From Klebsormidium nitens (taxonomy: Eukaryota > Plantae > Klebsormidiophyceae): a stretch of DNA of 37,258 nucleotides. Numbering within the stretch: the first letter of the stretch is position 1; each line of letters begins with the position of its first letter. Positions 29,349 through 37,258 of this stretch are shown here, piece by piece. The notes beneath the pieces were generated by a model that made no database searches, was not told where the DNA came from, and saw nothing but the letters and a program-made list of their open reading frames with translations. Location of the stretch: positions 1 to 37,258 of the forward strand of contig DF237005.1 in NCBI GenBank assembly GCA_000708835.1, in the 5' to 3' direction. A program made the translations under genes and the position numbers.

Positions 29349-31920
29349 TCAAGTGGAAAGTGCATTAACCGGTCTTGGTGCCCGAGTTTTTTTCCAACGG
29401 TCAACGTCTTCTTCTTCGACGAACGCACAAATCTCTGCCACGATGTAGCTCCTACTCGTCTCCTTATTCTTCCACTTGTCCAACAGACCGTCAAACCCAG
29501 GCTCGGTACGTGCACTGCAGAAACCGGAGTCCACCGCTTTGAGAGCCTCCACAAGCACAAGGCTCTCTTTCTTATGAAACTCCCGTTTCCAGATCCCCAT
29601 CTCAGCTTTCGCAGGGAACGACAACTTGTGCGAACATCCTGACCACGAGTCCCACTTTGCCAGGACTTGTTTCAAGAGTACTTTCAACATCTCTTGAACG
29701 TGCTTAGGTAGATACTGCCGGGGATTCGGAAGAGTTGGAGGGTTCCGGTTGGTGCATTCGTCGATTGTCGCTCGGATGATTGCGGCCTTTCGGGCCCGGT
29801 ACCGGTAAGCCAAGTAAGCCCACGTGGCTGCCGTAACCAGAGCCAAAAACGCAGGCGAGGCGATCCCGAGTCCAACCTTGATGGCAAGGTCGTTGCTTCC
29901 TGCAACGACACGGTAGCAGTGGGTATTTCCGGAAACGGGATCGCCGCAGCAGAAATTTCAACCGAGGAGTTGTGACTATCTGGTCTTCTTGAGGAAGGAA
30001 GCCTCCCGTCTTATGCATATCTAAACAGATCAGAACGGTGCAAGCTTAAGGAGATAAGGACGGGAGGAATTTAAAGGAAACACAGGAGGCCACCTTAAGC
30101 TGATGAATGCATGAGGAGATAGCAGTCCGTCAAAGGACGGACCATTGTCCTGATCCTGTGACTGCGAGCCTTGAACCCATTGTTGATATTTGACAGTGAT
30201 CGCAGGGTCGGAATACAAAAGCAGGACTTCGTTGGCAGGCTTCTTGAATAACTTACGGGGAAACAACGTTTCCGCAGTTCCAATGATCCGAGTCAAGGTG
30301 GATTCGGGCTCAAAACCTGGCAATTTAAGACAAACTGAAGTAACTCAAGGCGGCTTAACGCACGACGCGGCGAGCTTGGGAGCTTGGAGCCGACGCTACC
30401 ATACCAGTCAAGCTGCAGCCTCCCAGCTCAAGCCCCATCGGCACTACCAGCCCACTTGATATTGTTAATTCCTCAACCAAAACTTAGAGGTGCAGCATTG
30501 TGCTGCAAAGTAAACATCTCACCCGTGCTAGGAGGTGACGAGTTTGGGCCGGAGGGAGTGGTAAGAGGTGTTTGGGTCGGGGTAGTGACGCTCGCAGAAT
30601 TGAATGTGTTGCCTGGGCCGCTGAGCGGAGCAACACTTTTGGGGGTCGGCGAGGGAGAGGCAGTCAGGGTGGGGGCTGTCGGAGCAGGGACACTCGGCGG
30701 AGGAGTGGGCTCAGCGGTTGGTGGGGGTGTTGGGGCCGCAGTCGTCGGGAGGGGTGTTGGGGCAGGGGTGATTGTTGGGGCCGCAGTCGTGGGGCGGGGT
30801 GTTGGGGCAGCCGTTGTGAGTGGCGGCGTTGAGGGGGGAGTTGTAGGAGGGGGCTGCGTCGGGGTAGGAGGAAGTGTCGCTTGTGGGGTGAGAGCGGGGG
30901 CGGGGGTGTTTGGCTGGGGAGTACCGGTTCGTGAGCCCCCCCCAGCCAACGAGCAGCATCCTGCTAACGTAGAAATCCCGTCGCAGGTGACAACTGCGTC
31001 AGTATAGCCTGTGCATGTGCAGAAGGATCCGGAAGTGCTGCTGGTGCACACGTCGGCGCAGCAGGCAACGAATGTCTGGCTAGCTCCAGTCGGTGCTCGG
31101 CTGCAATCGTCGGCAGATATGGCGTGCAGCAAGCTTCCCCCGCTGGCCACAAGGTTACACGAACCCGAGGTTCCCCCTGCACCAATGACGAACGCTCCAT
31201 TTGCAACCCGAACACCCAGAAGATCACCTTTGTTGATACCTTTTTCCTCTAATTCTTGTTTAATTTCAATCTTCTTCCATCACAGAATTGTTTGAAATCT
31301 CTTGTGGAAACATATGTCCATGAACAACAATCCCTTCCTTCTCTGCTGTAGTGTGAGACATTTATCATGCTTCTGCCGTTAAAAGGCATCCAGCAATCTG
31401 GCTGTGCAAGACAGAAGACTGATCTTAAAGCTGAATCAGGATGTGTAAGAATGTCAATCCATTTTCAACAGAGGAAGTTGTGCCAGAAGGATTCTACTTT
31501 CACCTGATGCAAGGCCACCTTAGCGAGTAGCAAGATCAGGATTCACGCATAGACTGAGAAGATCATGCAGACAGACTTACACAGGCACTGAGAGACTCAC
31601 ATGGTTTATGGCAGCGGAATGGCAGCACATCGTGAAAGTGAGAAAGGTCACAGAACTTATCAGAACTGTCTGCACCTACCAGATATTTGAAGCAGATTCC
31701 GACGTGACAGCCTCTCGTGCGCTTGCGGCAACAAGCGCTGCCTGTCCACCAGATCAGGAGCAAGATCAGATGTCCTATATAGCAATGCAGCGCCCCCAGC
31801 CCTACTGGTTTGGCTGCCTGTGTGAACGTGCAAGCTGGCTTCGTACACCCTAGCATCAACGAAATTCAGCAGCATTGTCAAAAGCATGCTCCAACACAGT
31901 ATACGAGCTGCAATGACCAT
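29349..31920 (-). CDS. Type I membrane cell-surface glycoprotein, 3 exons (31680-31920, 30523-31176, 29349-29899), 481 aa
   Basis: Two phase-1 GT-AG introns join in frame (1,446 nt). Signal peptide MVIAARILCWSMLLTMLLNFVDA, RRNLLQ propeptide-like motif, 10-Cys domain, Pro/Thr stalk (TTAAPTP repeats), TM VGLGIASPAFLALVTAATWAYLAY followed by RYRARK, ~150 aa cytoplasmic tail. Confidence 0.78.
30729..30820 (-). repeat. TTAAPTP mucin/AGP-like coding repeats
   Basis: LTTAAPTPRPTTAAPTITPAPTPLPTTAAPTP; DNA unit tgttggggccgcagtcgt recurs. Confidence 0.8.
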
Positions 31921-32343
31921 AAAGGTCGTGTTGGAGATGCTGCGAATGCTATCAACACCTGACGACAAATAGGGCGGCCCCATACCGCCCGGGCTCAAGT
32001 GTTGAGGGGAGTGCGATGTCGGCCTCAGCTAACGTCAGCTAGGAGGATCTGGGGCAAACTCGAAGGGCCAGAACTTGAAGCCCAGAATCCGAACTACCTC
32101 AAAGCCCCTGGAGAGCTTTCCTTGTGTCCACTAGCTCTGAAGCTGGAAAGCCTGGCGCTTGCAACTTCAAGTTGCAAAGCTTTCTCAGTTTCTGGACACT
32201 GATCAATCTTTCTCGTAGCTGGTAACACGTTCCGTACCGGACCGTACGTACAGATACAATACCCAGTAAAATGTGGTACCTACCCACCCTCACTGTTAGG
32301 TACTAGGTAGGTACCTACCTACTAGGCACGAGGTACCTACGTC

Positions 32344-32978
32344 CAGGGGTTCTGGCGCCGTGCAGATCGCCGTGTATAGCACGGCCGGGGGAATTTCTGC
32401 ACGGAGCCCGCCGTGCAGGTTGCCGTGCAGGCCGGTGCCCTTGTTCCGGCCAGTTGTCCCGCTGGCCGGGCACTCTCCGTCGACGGTAGTACTCAAGAGT
32501 CCCAGAACACTCGATGATTCGAGTAGGTATATTCAGGGCACCCTTGTCCGGCTATATTAGACTACCTACTCCGACCCGGCCCGGCTTTACAGATCGTAAG
32601 CCCCCTTGATTCACTTTGCAACCTTACTTTAGTGTATAACGGTCGATGGAACCTTTGTACGGTGCAGAACTTCTGTAAAGGCTACATTGCCACGTAGAAA
32701 GTTTCCAGGGGGTTTTGAAGGAAATCCGGGTCCTGGATGCAGCATCATTACGTAACGTCGTATACGGTTTGCTATCGGTCATATGGTGCGGAAACGCACG
32801 AATATCAATGTCAGCCGCAGCATGAGAATAGCAGGCCGTAAATGATTTGCAGCGTCAGGGAGGAAAAGCCGGTGAAGAGTCATGGGCTCGGGGCTCTCAG
32901 CTGCACGGCCGGCAAGGCCGTTGCACGGCCGGGCGGAGCTCGCCGTGCAGAATGCACGGCCGGAAAAATTTTGCCCTG
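32344..32978. mobile_element. Non-autonomous hAT-type DNA transposon (MITE-like, 635 bp)
   Basis: Ends CAGGG...CCCTG; exact 8-bp TSD CCTACGTC at 32336-32343 and 32979-32986. Subterminal GCCGTGCA/TGCACGGC repeats at both ends (32357, 32410, 32422 plus three variants; 32902, 32922, 32942, 32953); no transposase ORF. Confidence 0.88.
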
Positions 32979-33255
32979 CCTACGTCTACTGCTGGGACCA
33001 GACTCGGGATTCAATTTAACACCCAACTTCCAAGTACAGTGAGCGGTATGTACCTGGCAGGCATATTCCTCCTAGTACCGTACGGAACATGGTTACACCG
33101 TCCATGCCAATGGCAACATGCGCTTCCCTGATTCATCCGCGATTGATCTATAGGATCCTAACCTGTCAGAATTGCTCTTGAGGGTCCACTTGCACAGGCG
33201 ATTTTGGCCCCACACAACTTTGGCGGCAAGACACCGCCGTCGAGCTCGCCATGAT

Positions 33256-33290
33256 TGCCAATTGGCACTCGCACGACGCACACTATATAA
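33256..33290 (+). promoter_or_regulatory. CCAAT palindrome plus TATA box, candidate core promoter of the 33619 gene
   Basis: TGCCAATTGGCA (33256-33267) followed by TATATAA (33284-33290), about 330 bp upstream of the ATG. Confidence 0.45.
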
Positions 33291-33618
33291 GGGCACACGA
33301 CATGTTTCGCACCGGGCTCGTCACCCTAGCTTCTTGATTTTGTTTGTTGACGTCACGCAAAAGAGTACGCCATTGATCTTGGGCATAGCTGGTACCTTTT
33401 AGCACTGAGCCGCCAGACCCATACGTATCTAGGTACGGTACCGTATTACTGGACCCCTCAGTACCTAGTATTTCAGCACCGCGTTGAACCAACTTGCACT
33501 GGCAGGTACCTGTGCACCTGAAATGATCGAAGCCTTTTTGAAAGGTCCTTGCTTTGCAAAGATCATTTGCCACTGGCACCAGGCAGATCAGAAAGGGCTA
33601 GCTGGCACAGCTCGGAAT

Positions 33619-36600
33619 ATGGGGTCGTCCTTTGCAGCCATCAAAGGGCGGCTTCATGCATTTCCCAAGCTTCTGAGAATCTTAGTGGCGCTAGGCTTTT
33701 ACTGCATGCCCCGCTTTTGTGAGGCCATCCCAATCGTTCCCAGCCACCTCTTGACAGACAACTGCACCGCGGCCAATGCGGAGTATTATAGCGAACAGCC
33801 GCCCGGAAGCTTCTTTTTTTACACGGGGACTCCAGACAGCTACTGCAGCCGCGCGTCCACCCCTACTACAGGCTGGAAGATATGCGGAGCAAGCTCGGCT
33901 CCCTCTTGCACAACCGTTGTTGCCCCCTATGGCAGCAAAGCAGACGCCTGCAAGGCACAATACAGTTATGTTAATAAATGTTCATTGTCAGTGCGGGTAT
34001 TCTTCATCAACTATGATTTGGACTGCGACTGGGTGATCATCTGTGAGTACTTTGATGGCCCCGTCGTGGTAACAATAGGATCAGCGGCACCCAGTATTGT
34101 GGCGGCACCTCCAACGAAGGGCACGGCCGGCGCCCCTCTTTTGGCACCGGTCCCATTGTTTCCTCCGTCCCCTTCTCTGCTTCCAAAGGCGGGTGACGTG
34201 GTCATGCTGTTGTCTTATGCTGCGGGAAGTGTGGACTACTATTGCAACAAAGGTGAGACATTCTTAACATGTTGCACGGAATTGCCTGTGCCAAAAGGTA
34301 GACAAGAAGGATGTTGTGCCGTGCAGCCATTGTGGGAAGTGGCTTTTTTGCGCATGCCGCATATCTGAGGTACTGGAGGCTTCAAATCCAGCGAGGTCGT
34401 GCTGCAAGGATTTACAGGCGAAAGAACCCAACAGAACACAAGATTCATTTGTGAAACGGTTGTCTAGCAAGATGTATTGCAGTGTTGCGTTGTCGAAGCT
34501 GGAAGTAATCACCACCCCAGTTGACACCGATAATATGATCACTTCCGGCCTGCAAAATGTTGCGCATGTGAGCTTCAGAACCCGATGATTGAGATTCTTT
34601 TCGCCCACAGTCGAAGCAATTTGCCCGAGTATTGCATTGGAGAGCCAGGGTTGCAGCTTCTCATTACCATGTTTGGTAAAAGCGGCTTTAAGGTTGACAA
34701 TGAGCTGGTGGTTGCTGCCTGGCAGCCTGGGGCGCTTTTAATAGGGCCGTAATCTTCAAGAGCAACTGGCAATAATCCCAGTTGCTACAGAATGTCTTCA
34801 TGAGTGAGCATGGTTCAGCATTGTATTTGCCGGGATAGAAACTCTCTTGCTGCTCTGCCCAAGACTAATTTCCGTGATGTGTCACTTTCTTTGAGGCTCA
34901 GAAAGTGCCCTTTTTTTTGAGATGTGCCCATATTCTAATCTATGCAAGTTGGCAGTGTCTGATCTGTGGCTATCAACCATGTGAAAGATGCATTCTTTGG
35001 GCCCCTCAAACAGTCTACGACCCCGGAGGTAGTCTGGAAGTATGCGCACAAATACGCGAGTTTCGTGTCCTTCTTCCTGACAGCAAGCCCATTCATCATC
35101 GAGAAGACTTAGAAAGCTGATCCCTCAACTAAAAGGGGGTGACTGCAATGACTTAGGAGCCTCCATTTGAAAGGTTCCTGCTTTCACTTCCTCGCGTGCC
35201 AGAGCCACACAAGAGCAAAGTGAATCGATTGCATAGTCTGCCTTCTGTTGACCTCCGCACAGAGTGCTCTGAAAGCTACAGCCCATCAACGGTTTGCCTA
35301 GCTGGTCTTCATCTACCACTCATCAGGAGTGCAATAAATCCTTATTAGTAAAGCTTGTCCGGAGCGTATCAAGCGCTTGTCTTTTTGTATCAAGGCCCGT
35401 TTGCATCTCGAACCAGCATGCCAAGAGGCACACGAATTCCTGTCTCAGCCAGCTACTTTTTCTTTGTGACGAAATTTAAAGGTCCGAACACTGGGCTACG
35501 TTAACACCGGCCATCACTATTAGGAGCCTGCTCACTCGATTGAAGGATAATATTACAAGGGCTTTCAGGATTGACGGACGGACTGCCACTATTCATGCCC
35601 TTCAATCGCTCAGTTCCTTCATGCTTCTTCTGCAGCATCTGGCCTCTTCTCGGACGGAACCATAAGCGCCAACCTCTATACAAGTCCGTTGGGAAATGCA
35701 TCCATTGGCACGTACTTGAAGGCCAACGGGTCGCAAGTTTTTACGTTGGCAGATGGGAGCATAGCGCTCACCGGTCCCCGAGATAGTGGAAATTCCTACC
35801 CTCAGAACCCGAACCTTCCGCTGGATGGTGAGAATCCGCTATCCTGCTACAGAACAAGTAGTAGTTTGCTTGATCTAGGATACTTTCTCAGTCTGCTGAA
35901 AATAGTTGGGTCCGGGCGCAAAGGACCGGCCTCTGACCCTTACGACCGGCCAGGATTGCTCTCAGAATCAGAATGAGCATCCAGTTTGCACCTTACGAGA
36001 GAGGGACTACAAACTACTAGACAAAGCAATCTCTTGACTTCGAGGTTAAGCTTCGGGGTTGGTTGGACCAGAACGGATAATCGAGGCTGGTCAGTAGCTG
36101 GGCGCCACCGTCAAAATCCCGCTCAGAGTCGTCGAACGCGTTTCAATTTCGTTCGAATCGGTACCTCTTTCATCCACAATACTGGGATGTCAAAGTATCT
36201 TTGTCGGATTGAATACTCGGTGGGCTCGAGCGAACATAAATTCTGTGTTGAGATGCTGGAGGAGATGCACTTAAAGAATCAATTGATTGACAAAAGCAGC
36301 TTTCCTCTAAACAGCGCACCCCTCGAAACCATTCAGATGCAAATCTCTTCCATGGCACCGGATCGGGCAAGCTCTGGCCGCCAATGACCAGTGTGCGTTC
36401 GTGTGCCAGGTGGGTACGGCTCCCTGAATCAAAGCTATTCGACCGCCACTGGGAACCTCAGCCTGGCTGACGTTGCTTACGTCACTGTTACAGCGACGGT
36501 TGGAGGCGTTCTCCCAAGCAAGGCCCCATGCTCAAAGGTGCTCGGTTCGCTGATTCCGTACCGCCCCTGGTCCATACCTTTCGAAGCCAACATTACCTTC

Positions 36601-36627
36601 TTTAGCAGATTTGTGCCTCCACCTTAA
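33619..36627 (+). CDS. Probable secreted Cys-rich glycoprotein; provisional exons 33619-34252, 35636-35827, 36410-36627 (347 aa), additional exons possible
   Basis: Signal-like MGSSF...LLRILVALGFYCMPRFCEA, 8-Cys domain, Pro-rich linker. The phase-1 junctions AAA G|gtgag, tgcag|CA, GAT G|gtgag and gccag|GT join in frame; six N-x-S/T sequons. No recognised family. Confidence 0.5.
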
Positions 36628-36717
36628 CAACAAACATAACCCGGTTCCCTCGTCGACGTTTCGACTCTCGAGAGGAGCTGGTTCGAGTTTAATCAGGTTC
36701 ATCAGGCAATGAACTCG

Positions 36718-36916
36718 TCACAGACTCATAAGACGTATATTACGATGCCAATAACGGTCATCTAGTTGAACGTCAAAAACTGAGCACGTATTTGAAACGT
36801 CTCTTCTCCAGTACTGGTCATCAGCCCGAACGACAGCTTCCTTGAAGCCTGTACGTAGATCGACCCTTGCGGTCGTCCATTCTTTCAAACCGCGCAGCTC
36901 GCGATGTCGGTGGGGC
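36718..36916 (-). CDS. Possible terminal exon of a minus-strand gene continuing beyond the window
   Basis: gatcag|G CCC CAC...; PHRHRELRGLKEWTTARVDLRTGFKEAVVRADDQYWRRDVSNTCSVFDVQLDDRYWHRNIRLMSL*; no upstream exon identified and no homology recognised. Confidence 0.3.
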
Positions 36917-37258
36917 CTGATCAGTGAGCCATGCATGTCAGACAATAAGACAATGATGCAAGATATGCCAGTACGTTTTGGGCAGAACCCATGGGAGTCG
37001 ATATGAAAGCCGCAAAACCTATCGAACTGACAAATGAAATTGCTGACAACTGAAATTGGTGCTGTGGATGGTTGCGGATCTGTTGGTTTGTCCCAGCACC
37101 GTCCCAATGAACCCTGACAAATGAACACACCCTTTCAGCCTTTCAAGTCACTGCTCCGGGCCGCCCATGTGCATTGATGTATGTGAGAAAAGGGTTGCAT
37201 CTCGACCGTCCGATGAGGTCCAATGTCGTTCGAACCGTTCCTTCGCCTTCCCCAGGGG

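Noticed and set aside
32344-32978. CRISPR-like or operator array suggested by repeated GCCGTGCA motifs
   Set aside because: The repeats are 8 bp, in both orientations, irregularly spaced and confined to the ends of a TSD-flanked element; no cas genes, eukaryotic context.
34253-35635. Candidate extra exons in the secreted-protein gene (e.g. VALSKLEVITTPVDTDNMITSGLQNVAH near 34481-34568)
   Set aside because: The splice phases could not be reconciled with the flanking exons by hand; left unresolved.

Overview
This is eukaryotic nuclear DNA with GC-rich exons and spliceosomal GT-AG introns. I infer a streptophyte (charophyte, Klebsormidium-like) alga from gene content and style; this is not proven. 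All gene models were spliced by hand and checked for reading-frame continuity, and reference motifs are quoted from memory, so they need alignment. (1) 1528-24109 (-): a giant plant RNA polymerase IV/V-type largest subunit (NRPD1/NRPE1-like). It has 22 resolved exons (10,533 nt, at least 3,510 aa; one clamp exon is unresolved), an intact DFDGD Metal A site, a degenerate trigger loop, a GW/WG-rich CTD and a DeCL (DUF3223) domain. Its unusual feature is three 310-490 aa low-complexity insertions inside the catalytic core (dock, funnel, foot) that also carry GW/WG Argonaute-hook-like motifs, 13 of them in the dock insert next to the RNA exit. (2) 25734-28430 (+): a 4-exon, 342 aa Pol-beta-superfamily nucleotidyltransferase resembling phage, giant-virus, bacterial and fungal proteins. 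It lies head-to-head with (1) across a GC-rich island. (3) 29349-31920 (-): a 3-exon type I membrane protein (signal peptide, Cys-rich domain, Pro/Thr stalk, TM). (4) 32344-32978: a non-autonomous hAT-type element with an exact 8-bp TSD, inserted in a GTAC-rich divergent promoter. (5) 33619-36627 (+): a probable secreted Cys-rich glycoprotein. I saw no rRNA, tRNA or CRISPR array.
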